A stretch of 38,251 bases of DNA from Folioceros fuciformis (Eukaryota): positions 1 to 38,251 of the forward strand of contig JBNGIO010002628.1 in the NCBI GenBank assembly GCA_049999805.1, in the 5' to 3' direction. The position numbers and the translations under genes are program-made. Under the pieces are notes generated by a model that ran no database searches, had not been told where the DNA came from, and was given only the letters and a program-made list of their open reading frames with translations. Within the stretch, counting starts at the first letter, position 1. The number at the start of each line of letters is the position of its first letter. This document shows positions 1-10,309 of this stretch, piece after piece.

Positions 1-1599
1 TGTCAAATGTCCAAGGACCTATCACTTGAAGGAGAAATCAAGAAATGTCTTTACTCGGTCGAAGAAATTATTGTTTTTTTAAAGGATATATTTAAGTCAA
101 GGATTACCAAATTATCTACCATGGAAATGCTAGAAAGCTCTGCTCTTGATATGCAAAATGAAATGGAACGTAGTGACGAGTTTACGTTATCAAATCTTGA
201 ACTAAAGAATGATATGGAATCAGAGTATGTGTCATGTCATCCTATGAACTTTCCCTTCAAAACAGAAGTGTGTCATTATATTCCTCGCACAAAAATATAT
301 CTTGTGTCTTTAGAATCCACTCGTCGCAAAGGCTACACTATTAAGAATGTGGTCTTATGCCACACAGATACAAGTAAGTGGAGTCCACAACATGTTGCTT
401 TCAAAGTCTTGAAAGCTAAACCTGGTGATGGCACTTTATGTCACTTCTCAGAAGCTAATGCCTTTTCATTTATTCTTCATAATCAATAATGGGATGTGGA
501 GGACTAGTATACTAACATGACTTGATTCATAACATAACCTTGTGAAAAGGAATAACATAACTTTGATATGTTACTTTTGTGTACAAAATTTTATTTGTAT
601 TCTATATTTCTATAATTAAATTTAAAATTGATATATTTAAAGGGATTTGCATTGCTCAATTGTGTTTTCATCTTACCCTTAGGCTTTTTTTAAAGTTTTA
701 TTTGTTAATAATGTTTTTCAAACCCCAAGCTAAACTGCCAGCCACAAAATTTGGCGCTCCCTAATTCTTCATGTCTAATTTGAATGGAAGTTGGATGCCC
801 AGCTTCGCACAGCCCTCCTCCAGGAAACCATGGAACATGAACGGATTGCTTGCAGCGGTGCTTTCTTTCTTCAGAACACAGCAATTCTAGCAGAGAGGCT
901 TGCTGCCTCATGCTTGCTGGGTCATCGAATTTCATACCACATTAGCCTTCCGTGCAATGCAATGCGCAAAAGGCTGTGGCAAAGTCCTCGCAGAGTCTTT
1001 GACAATAATATGGTTTGCGACAGTCAGTTTGGAGCAGCAAACTGCCAAGCAAGGTCACAGCTAGTACTCCGTGATGGAGCAAAGAGCATGAGCGCGGTAT
1101 GAGTAAGAATGTTGCAGTACATGTCCTGGCCCTTACGCTAAGTAGGAAGCACATGAAGGCATCTTGCATCACACGTGTTTCCCTGGACCCATTTTCCAGG
1201 TTCCAAGCTTCAAGAGTGCAAGTTAGGATTTGTTGCAGGGAAGACGATACAGAAAGGATTTCAACTGCGAGTGGGGTTCTGAGCTGCAAGATTTGAAGTG
1301 GCAATTGTGGTTCTGAGGTAGGGTTAATAAGATGGAGGTGAGACATCGTATTCAGTGCCAACGCATATGTCGATGCAGGAATATTTTGTGCACCCTTAAG
1401 TTTACCATGAGGATGGTGGACTACATCACGAATTGTGTGCCCTGCCAAGCCTGCCCAGAGAAGCACGCGCGAGCAACTACCTACAAAGACTTGGAATTAA
1501 TAGTACCCCTTGTACGATAGAAGCCCAAAGTGTGAAGAAGACTTGCCGCTTCCACAGTGTAGAGGGTATTAGGCAGTAGCAAGTTGTGTCGGGAGGTGA

Positions 1600-2480
1600 A
1601 CCTTACCGGCGTTGATGTATGTGGTGGGCTTGGATGGCCGTAAGGGTCGTCGGCATGAGCATGGGCGTCGTAGTAGGAGGGGCTGGGACAGCAGTCGATC
1701 TCGGCGGGGTGAGACTTCGTGCACGGCACTGAAGTAGCGCACCCTTGTAAGACACCATGTACGACATGCTCTGAGGGTTGTGACCCAGCATGTAGTGGCC
1801 TACAGCAGCAACAATATGACGAGACTCATGAGACAGCAGAAATAGTCACCTCCACTGAGTGGAGCAGGAGCCAAATACCATCCAGACCGTACCGAGGTTT
1901 TGGCATGGGCACAGAGCGGGCTGGGATTCATGGTTGTGGTGCCACAGTGACTGTTTGTTGTGATGAATCAAGGTACTTGGCGTAGACTAGTAGGAGGGTC
2001 ACGTACGTACAGCAGATTGCTGCCTGCCGTGAAGTAGAAGTGCTGGGCAGCCTGCAGAAGGACAAGTCGGTCGATGCGATCATTGATGTGAATTCAACTG
2101 CAATTAGATTTCGTTCCATCTTCACCAACTTGAAGGCAAGGCTCGGGGAGAGGGACTCAAACGAATGTAGAACCATTACCAGGAGCGTACTTGGCTCCAG
2201 ACAACCCTGACATGATGCCGCACACGAATGCATCCACCTGCTCCTTGCAACCCTGTAGACCGTCGGCTTTCCCAGCTAAGTAAAGCTACGAGGCCAGGAC
2301 ATGAGCGCCCGCGAGCGTACATATTCGTTGTCCCTGCAGAATTGGGTGCGGATGTGGTGGAGCCCCCCAGCTCCGGATCCTCGCCAACTTTGTCCACCAG
2401 GTGTTGCAGGAATTTGTCGTCCCTGGATGCCTTCAAGAGCGAGGTTGCTCCCCACAGCAACTCATCCTTAAAGCCAGACT
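1600..2480 (-). pseudogene. GH9 endo-1,4-beta-glucanase pseudogene, copy 1 (C-terminal half only)
   Basis: Frame-shifted fragments SGFKDELLWGATSLLKASRDDKFLQ, AHVLAS*LYLAG, AGSNLLY and YMLGHNPQSMSYMV align with the intact GH9 at 16144-18367. Contains stops and frameshifts. Boundaries approximate. Confidence 0.85.
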
Positions 2481-3033
2481 AGGTTCTGGAGCAGCGAATA
2501 GTCAGTCGCACCACGGATAGTTTTTCCCTGTCGTGATGTTCTTCAGAGGTGTTGCTAGCCCAGGTGTCGGACCTTCCCATCGTCAGGCATTGCATGAGCC
2601 GCCGCGGATGCCAGCAAGCTCGTGTTCCAGGTGGTGAGAATGCGTCCAAAGTTCTTCAGACATTCCCCAACCGCAGTGCTCGCTAAGCCAGGACAGCGCG
2701 ATTGTTCCGGCTTGAAGTGTAAGATCGCGATTATCCAGGCGGGATGGATGTTGGAAACGTTCAGGATACGCCCCCGATCATGCCGTACCTGTAAGTGGAA
2801 GTGTTCCGACGGAAATCATCCGAGGCTCCCTTGCACGCCACATAACGGGGTGGCGCTGCCAACGCAACGCGGTTCGCAAGCTGGCTCTCAGGACGTCGAA
2901 ACACATGGGCAGACATCGCCCCAAATTCTGAAGACTGAAGACCTTTGGCCCGTCTCAAGCCCCAAGCCTGCTCAGTTGCGTCTTCCAATTTGCTCACAGA
3001 GTCGCAGCCCGCACACTGCCTCAGTCCGTGCAG

Positions 3034-4125
3034 ATGGCCGCTCCGGGGGTCGCCGACTGCGACCACACCTTCAAGCTGCTGCTCATCGGAGACTCTGGCG
3101 TGGGGAAGAGCAGCCTTCTGCTGCGCTTCACTGCTGACACCTTCGACGAGTTGGCTCCAACCATCGGTGATGTGATTTCTGCTTACTCTTTTACGGACAG
3201 TTCCGTTCAGCCTGCAGCATTTGAGCTGGGGTATCACATTCGGCTCGGTAGGTGTGGACTTCAAGCTCAAGATGATGACCCTGAGTGGGAGAAGACTGAA
3301 GCTCACAATTTGGGACACAGGTTGGTTGCAAGCTGTCTCAGCTCGATTGGGAGTCGAACGGCTTTGTGGGGCAACTTGAAGTCTGTATCACGGTTAGAAA
3401 GTCTGAGAGACCTTTGTTTGTGTGGTTGCTGTGCTCAGCGGGCCAAGAAAGATTTCGGACGCTTACCAGTTCGTACTATAGAGAAGCGCATGGCATCATC
3501 CTAGGTTGCCGTTGAATGAGCCAAGTTTTCCCACCTTGTGCCACGATCTGCTGAGACCTAGTTTATGTGGTGCAGTGTATGATGTGACGCGCCGTGAAAC
3601 ATTTGAGGATCTGTCGGGTGTGTGGTTGAAGGAGGTGGACCTCTACTCCACCAATCCCGACTGCATTAAGATGTTGGTGGGCAACAAAGTGGATAAGGTG
3701 GGTGGAAGCTGAAACTGTCATCTTCACTGTTGAGGGAGTAGGACGAACAGAAGCTTGTTTTTTGGAGCAGTGTTCTTCATAAATGTTTCTCTCTGTAGGA
3801 CGCAGAACGTGTTGTGTCCAAGCAGGAAGGGGTGGATTTTGCCAGGCAGCATGGGTGCCTCTTTCTGGAGTGCAGTGCTAAAACTCGCATCAATGTGCAA
3901 CAATGTTTTGAGGAACTTGTACAGAAGGTAATGTTGAGTGCAGCTAATTTATTTCAAGCTTGTTACACCGTGTTGGTTCTAACATAAAGATCTCCCTGCG
4001 CGTGACAGATTCTGGACACTCCCAATTTGTTAGCTGACACAACGGGCTACAAGAAGACCACAATTCTCACAACAGAGCATGCCCTGCCTACCACAGCGCC
4101 ACCCAGCAGTGACTGCGCATGTTAG
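3034..4125 (+). CDS. RABC: Rab GTPase, RabC/Rab18 subfamily, 6 exons (3034-3166, 3252-3320, 3439-3504, 3576-3697, 3799-3927, 4009-4125), 211 aa
   Basis: GDSGVGKS P-loop, [30 protein letters not shown] and ECSAK motifs, C-terminal CAC prenylation motif. All introns are GT-AG and in phase. Confidence 0.95.
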
Positions 4126-4563
4126 TGGTCTTGCTGACTCCTCGAGCCGCTCGACTTTGCTGGCGCCATCAGAAATATGTGAGAGCTCGTCTGCGCGCGG
4201 GTGACTTGTCCTTGGCGACAGTGTTCACTCCCTTTCCACTGGCCAGGACCGTTACACTGCCTGCAGCTGACACTCTTCCAGACACGGCCTCTGGACTGCA
4301 AACCATGTTAAGAGCTTGGGAGAAAATGGGATAGATTTGTGACAAAAATGAAAGGGTACCGCCCCAGATGGTAAACCATGGTTTTGAATGTTTGTTTACG
4401 TATGTAAGGGCAGAGCGGAGGGAGGCAACCCATCCATCCATGAATGGGCGCAAGCAAGCGAGGCGACGCACACCACACTCCCTATGCTGCAGCCCCAGCC
4501 GCCATGGTTCCACAGCGGAAACTTGGGCCCATGCCTTAGCCACCACTAGCTACAAGGCTGCTG

Positions 4564-4828
4564 CAGATGGCGATCGGCTATGAGGTGTCGAGGAAGGAGA
4601 CGACGGTGGGATGAGCAGAATGCAATGCCAGGGTAAGACGTCTTGCATGGTGCCATTAAACACAGGTTTAGGGGGGTAATGCGCCAGCCTCCTACTGGTG
4701 GAAGCCGCAAGTGCGCGTCGGTGCTCAGGTCTGGGCTGATCGCTGATCCGTGCCACAAGTTCACGCTGCCATGTCGCAACTGGTGTGTCCCTTCGTCCGG
4801 AAAAGCGGTTGCGGCAGTTGCGGTGACC
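4564..4828. repeat. 265-bp dispersed repeat A, copy 1, upstream of tRNA-iMet
   Basis: Direct repeat of 6938-7201, about 89% identical by manual alignment. Confidence 0.9.
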
Positions 4829-4904
4829 TAAAGCTGTATACGTAAAACAAATGGTATAGAAAAAAAATTAATATAAAAATTTAAACTCGAAATTGGTGCA
4901 ACAT

Positions 4905-4976
4905 ATCAGAGTGGCGCAGCGGAAGCGTGGTGGGCCCATAACCCACAGGTCCCTGGATCGAAACCAGGCTCTGATA
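4905..4976 (+). tRNA. Initiator tRNA-Met (CAT)
   Basis: ATCAGAGTGGCGCAGCGGAAGCGTGGTGGGCCCATAACCCACAGGTCCCTGGATCGAAACCAGGCTCTGATA has an A1-U72 pair, GATCG T-loop and CAT anticodon, matching plant tRNA-iMet. An upstream TATA-like tract (~4872) and CAA (~4899) are typical of plant tRNA genes. Confidence 0.97.
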
Positions 4977-5019
4977 AGATTTGTTGTTACGATTGAATGT
5001 GCTTTACTTTTGTCCTGTG

Positions 5020-5666
5020 TTTTGAAAGTTCGCCTAAATTCTGGATGACAAATGCAATAGTTTGCAAGTTCCATAAATTCTGGATGACAAATGCGATAGT
5101 TTGAAAGTTCGCTAAATGCGATAGTTTGAAAGTTCGCTAAATGCGATAGTTTGAAAGTTCGCTAAATTTTGGATGACCAATGTGATAGTTTGAAAGTGCT
5201 AGATGACAAATGCAAAATTTTGTATGAATTCTTGATGGTTAGCCAAGGGTTTGTTCTCAATGGTTACCCTATTAACCAAGGGGGTATGTCCTTGGTGGTT
5301 AGCAAAGGGGTATGTTCTTGGTTGTTAGCCAAGGGTATGTTATCAATGGTTACCCTATTAGCCGTGGATATGTCCTTGGTGGTTAGCTAGGGGGTATGTC
5401 CTTGGGGTACCTATAGAGAAATGGCTGGGCACAGGTTAGGATCAGTATATACCCCTTCCTAGCTTGCAGCTCCTATAGAAACTAATAATAAGAGGGTATG
5501 TCCTTTGGGCGCATGTAGAGAAATGACTAGGCACAAGTTAGTATTGGTACCAATATATAAACTAATAATAAGGGGGTATGTCCTTTGGGCGCATGTAGAG
5601 AAATGGCTAGGCACAAGTTAGTATCGGTACTAGTATATACCCTTCCTAGCTTGCAATTCCTATACC
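5020..5666. repeat. Nested tandem-repeat arrays (~25/39-bp, ~23-bp and ~84-bp units)
   Basis: AAATGCGATAGTTTGAAAGTTCGCT repeated at 5089-5165; TGGTTAGCCAAGGGTATGTCCT-like units at 5236-5400; AAACTAATAATAAG.GGGTATGTCCTTTGGGCGCATGTAGAGAAATG.CTAGGCACAAGTTAG twice at 5478-5625. Confidence 0.9.
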
Positions 5667-6853
5667 CTATCCATATAGTGCGGCTGGATCCTCAACCTGC
5701 ATAGCTAGGGTAGTTAGCTTGCCATTCCCTTCAAAACAACATATGTTAAAGACTATTGCTTCAACAGCATAGCTCCACACATCCCTCTCTAGTTTGATAG
5801 GGAAAACTGAAGCAAATGTGTGTATGTAGTTCACACACCTTAAAAGAGTAGCTGTACCTTCTATGGCTGCTAAGTCTTCCTCCATTTTCTTCCCTCCAAC
5901 GTAGGACTTTAGCATGGCCCAGAGGATCTTTATCACAAGAAGGTTCCTGGAGAAAATGGTAACATGGAGTGCTCCACACCTGATTGCTTCTATCATAACA
6001 TGGAGTGCTCCACACCTGATTGCTTCTATCATAACATAGAGTGCTCCACACTTGATTGCTTCTATCAACCCTTCCTTAATAGCATGCATCACCAGTGTTC
6101 CCAAGTGAGACTTGTCGACTGACATGGATACTAGGGCTACTTTCTTATCATATGGTCCTAGTATGAGGGATGCCAAACCAACACCCCTATAGCTAGTTAC
6201 CGATGAGGCAACATGGACCTGGATGTGCCACATCTGCCGAGCACAAAGTTCAGGATTTTTAATGCAATAATGTAGAATAATGGGAGCAATCATCTTATTT
6301 GGTGCTGGAACATTTGGCCCGAGCTCATCCTGTAATGCCTTTTCTTCAATTTGTTCGCTAGCACATTTATGTTCCTGGAAATTTGAGTAAGAGCAAAACC
6401 CTCAAACCTTGGAATCATTTCGAGAATATTGCTATGCATCCCTATCAAATTTTGTGCCTTGACCTCATAATTGCCTAGGAGTTGTTTCATTCAGAGCTAG
6501 GTATCTGAGAAGGCGTTGAGGTACTTCCCTCCTAGCTCTAGGGCCTCCTCCAGCCCATACTCCATTTCTTGGTACTCAGCTTCATTATTAGTGCTTACAG
6601 GAATGCACTTGCCAATCTCCCGGACTAGCTTCCCTACAAGTCCTAGTAAGAAGATTCCTATGCCTGCTTTGCCGTGTGAGGCTGCTTCGTCAGTCCATAC
6701 CTTCCATGTCTCGACAACAGGGAACTCACCTTGATCCTTTAGCCAAGGTGGTGGTCGGAATGGAGACTTATCTTCCTCTTTGGTTTCTACTTTGCGTTGC
6801 CTAATAAATATCCCTGATGGTACCAATTGTTCCTCTTTCTCCATTCCTTTCAT
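5667..6853 (-). mobile_element. Decayed ORF with two tandem RNase H-like domains (archaeal-type RNase HI as in Tat-lineage Ty3/gypsy elements); probable retroelement remnant
   Basis: WKVWTDEAAS.GKAGIG...TNNEAEY...GLEEALELG...FSD..QLLGNYEVK...RNINVLANKL is an RNase HI signature. ORFs 6497-6853 and 6290-6490 are in the same frame, split by two stops. A frameshift near 6340 joins them to 5667-6293, which repeats the same sequence pattern. Confidence 0.75.
5960..6067. repeat. 3 x 36-bp in-frame tandem repeat (IEAI[KR]CGAL[YH]V)
   Basis: TAACATGGAGTGCTCCACACCTGATTGCTTCTATCA occurs three times with few changes. Confidence 0.95.
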
Positions 6854-6937
6854 TGCTTTTGTCTTGTAGCCATAGAGCTTGGCTTGCTTCCATCTCTATG
6901 AATCGTCGACCCTAGACCTGCATCTCGAAATCATATC

Positions 6938-7201
6938 CAGATGGTGATTGACTATGGGGTGTTGAGGAAGGAGAGGATGGTGAGATGAGTAGAATGCAGT
7001 GCTGGGATAAAACGTCTTGCATGGTGCCATTAAACCCAGGTCTAGGGGGGTAATGCACCAGCCTCCTACTGGTGGAAGCCGAAAGTGAGCATCGGTGCTC
7101 AGGTCGGGGCTGATCGCTGATCCTTGCCACAAGTTCACGCTGGGATGTCGCAACTGGTGTGTCCTTCACCCGGAAAAGCGGTTGCGGCAGTTGCGGTGAC
7201 C
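6938..7201. repeat. Dispersed repeat A, copy 2, upstream of the tRNA-iMet pseudogene
   Basis: Direct repeat of 4564-4828; both end in GGAAAAGCGGTTGCGGCAGTTGCGGTGACC. Confidence 0.9.
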
Positions 7202-7304
7202 CTACTAGTCTTAACAGCACGGTATATGTGCTTGTGTATGTAGACGATAGCGACCTTAAAACAAACATGGATGTAATGATTTAAACTCAACACTGACGCA
7301 ATGA

Positions 7305-7376
7305 ATCTGAGTGGCGCAGCGAAAACGTGGGTTGCACATAATCCTCAGGTCTCTGGACCGAAACCAGACTCTGATA
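7305..7376 (+). pseudogene. tRNA-iMet pseudogene
   Basis: About 12 substitutions relative to 4905-4976. The anticodon stem is disrupted, the acceptor stem has a mismatch and the T-loop reads GACCG; the CAT anticodon is retained. Confidence 0.9.
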
Positions 7377-7483
7377 GTCATCGCGACAACAGCTAGAACG
7401 ATTCTGTAGAGTTTTTTTCAGCGAGGGAAAGCCTGCAATTTGATGAGCAAGGGCTTCGAGCTATGTAGGAACATCCTGCAATT

Positions 7484-7527
7484 TGCCATCAACGAGGTCG
7501 AGTCTTGCCATCAACGAGGTCGAGTCT
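7484..7527. repeat. 2 x 22-bp tandem duplication
   Basis: TTGCCATCAACGAGGTCGAGTC twice in tandem. Confidence 0.85.
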
Positions 7528-7846
7528 CTTGGATGGCTGTGACTCCTAATTGCAAATGTCCATAGTGAAGCAGAACGTTCACTTTCAAGGATTTAGGTGA
7601 GATTCATGGCTGGGCTTTGGATGATCGAAAGAGCAAGAGTGTGCCTTGCGTAGGGATCCGTTTTCAGGTAGAGAAGCATGTAGAATAAGCTGCGGCCAGC
7701 CACAGGGTTCATCCTGCAAACTCATTCTACAGTCAGCGAAACTTTGCTGCGGAGGAACCACAAACACGATTGACGGACAAGGAACGACTGCAGCTTTGTT
7801 CCTCTCGGTGAAAGGCATCATACTGGTGCTCCACAACTTGGGACTC

Positions 7847-9696
7847 TTAGAGACAGTGACTACAAATCCAGCTCAGAAGATCAAAAGTGGAGTCCATAAG
7901 ACCATCGGCTGAGTGACGTATCTGCTCCTTCCTGAACTTGTTGGCCTGCAAGTCAAGCAGGAAATTGTGCCGGTTAATCAGTTTTCAACTTACGCACAAG
8001 TCCCCGTTGCGGGGATAATGTGGTTGAATGTGAAGGGGAATTACCTCGAAGACACTTTTCCAAGATGCAAGCCTTAGGTCGACTTCCAACGCTGGCAATT
8101 GAGTTGACCTACTGGCGTGCATGAAACTCCAAACCCTGCCTCGCTCAAAAATTTTGGTTTTTCTTAGTTTCGCGAATTTCAGAGCCACATCTGAGTTCCC
8201 TGAATCTGCCCATGAAGGAGGGCTAGCCCAACGGATGCCCAGATCTGTATCAGGGTCGACGATAAACATTTTCACAGTGCCTTCCGCTGTCTTGCGTTCA
8301 TCATCCTGTCAAGCGAGGGCTTCAAAGAGGCTGATGAAAATGATAAAAATGAACGGGACTTCCTCATCCGGAACACATAATTAGAAGATTCTGTGTCATT
8401 CAGGAGGGTGGAGGCTGCGCTGACCGAGAGCTTGTCGTCTGCCTCCACCACCTCGGTGGCAAGCATGAGTCTTAGGTCCCATTCCGTAGCCCAAGAAAGG
8501 TCAGCGACATGGCGCCTTTCCACACGCCTCTTAAACTGCCAGAATGCCAAACCAGATCAGCAAAGTCTCCACTGGCTTCCCAATGGACCAGGTCATCTGG
8601 TTTAGACACTAAAAATCATGAGTGTGCGGTGTGTAGACCTTCCAGATCGCCAAAGTCATGCCATGGACCTTGCACAAGATCAAGAGAGGTTCCTTCCAAT
8701 TACTTTTCCTTACCTGCAGGAGGTCAGAGTCGTGTCAGCCGTAACCATGGAGTTCGAACTACAAAATTCAGACATACTGTTACAGTATAATGTTTACAGC
8801 GGAGGAAGAAAGATACGAGTCACCTCTATGACGAAACTTTCTTTCTCAATTTGGGGCTTGTCCTCAGTAGATCTAGAGGCAACCTCTTTCAGCTTGTCAA
8901 AGAAATGCTGAGGCAGGTTTGTATCCAAACGTTTGAACGGTTTTGTTGTCCAACGCTGTGCTCGCCGTCCCCTCGCAACCTCCTTTTCAAGATCAGTGCC
9001 CGAGAAGGGAGGTTGAGCTTCCAGCGGTGAAGATCTGCCAGGCGCGAGGGAGCACTGAGCTTCAAATTGCAGAAACAATGCAATGTTGGCTTCCAACCTG
9101 CTGTGCAACCAATGACGCCGATACCCAAGGTCAGAGACGAAGCTCAGCCGCCCAAACCGGAGCCACATTAAAGGTCTCAGATATCGGCCCGTCTGAGGGT
9201 CACCCTTGTCCGCACACAAGCAGGCCAGCTCTTCGAGAGAGCTCCTCAAGTCCTGCTCCAGCTTGGACCGCAGTCGAGGGTCTTGATGCGAGTGTATGAG
9301 CATCCCTGAGCCCGCAGAAGTGGAAGACGAGCCTGAAACCCAAATTGAATAACGAGCCAGAAATCAATACCTGACTTGCAGATGCCATGAACAGCAAGCT
9401 TCACAAGCGTGGAACATGATCCCAAAGATACCTCCATCAAAATCCAAGGGCTCCGCCTGAGGCGAACGCTCAGTCGAGACCACCCTAAGCCGTACCGATT
9501 CCATCGTGTCAACGACGCGGAGTTGAAGTCTCTTGTCTGTGGGGCACAGAATGTAGAGATTGTTGATCGCATTTTCTGCGTACTGTATGTCCATCTGTGT
9601 CCCTCTTAGACGTCCGTGACGGATAACGCGAACCGGAGGACCAGTGTCAGATTGCAGCGCAGCTTTTCGCAGATGCGGGGGAATGTATTTTCCCAT
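7847..9696 (-). CDS. Uncharacterised plant protein with N-terminal YIPPHLR, 7 exons (9696-9432, 9305-9125, 9034-8824, 8713-8639, 8535-8425, 8305-8045, 7945-7847), 400 aa
   Basis: The manual splice gives an open 1203-nt CDS with GT-AG introns. Motifs YIPPH.R, IQYAENAI, LRFGRLSF, F..LDTNLP, DLRLMLATE, DPD..GIRW and terminal WI.SHCL resemble a seed-plant family of unknown function that I recall as DUF7903 (unverified). Confidence 0.8.
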
Positions 9697-10309
9697 GCTG
9701 TGGACCTACTCTACCCCTGTCTCAAGGAAACAACTTGCCCGCCCCCACGCTTTTCTCTGAACGACAACGAAACGCTTTAAGCCTCGCAAGCACAGCTGGA
9801 GCAGGAACGAGAGCAAGAGAATTCACATGTATGCGCCGGGACGCTTATAGAGGCTTCTCAGCTCTAGGCTTGGGGATTTCCACATCCGGCGCGTAATCAG
9901 GAGAGTAGAAACGGAATCCAGAAAGTAAGAACTCACCCAATACCCAAGAGAGAAGTCGCCAGACTTCACGGCCTCCGTCGACAAGTGGCGTCAGTATCTG
10001 TCCATCAAACCGGATCGTAAGTTCGAGCGTGTTAGGTGTTTAAACGTAATGGCCTATCGTCCTCTGGTCCCCGCCTCCTAGGCGTAGGTGGGTAGTACAG
10101 TGTGTGTACCCACGGACATCGGCTACTTCCCGCTCATGCTTCTTGCGTGTTTTAAAATTGATTTGGCATTTACGGTCCGGCGACGGTGGCTAACCGCCAC
10201 TTCTGCCACACTCCAGCAGCGGCCCGCGACCATTTATTCAGCATGACGCGAATCTCGCGCTTCCAGACAGTCCGATTCTCTATTGCACGGCTCACGAAGA
10301 TTGAGATAA

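Noticed and set aside
790..1520. Possible decayed gene (F-box-like, or a third copy of DNA flanking gene X), with a faint match between ~1175-1200 and ~7640-7668
   Set aside because: The match is too short and no recognisable motif appears in any frame.
4546..4779. Short minus-strand ORFs shared by both copies of repeat A (also 6896-7153 and 6912-7268)
   Set aside because: Two overlapping frames stay open, changes are largely non-synonymous and there is no known motif; explained by DNA-level similarity.
5020..5666. CRISPR-like appearance of short repeats
   Set aside because: Units are head-to-tail without unique spacers, there are no cas genes, and the context is eukaryotic.
4564..7201. Repeat A copies as the two LTRs of one retrotransposon
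   Set aside because: No TG...CA ends, PBS, PPT or TSD, and it would not explain a tRNA downstream of both copies.
7195..7210. CTAG-T after repeat A copy 2 as a Helitron 3' end
   Set aside because: No short GC-rich palindrome just upstream, and copy 1 lacks the same end.
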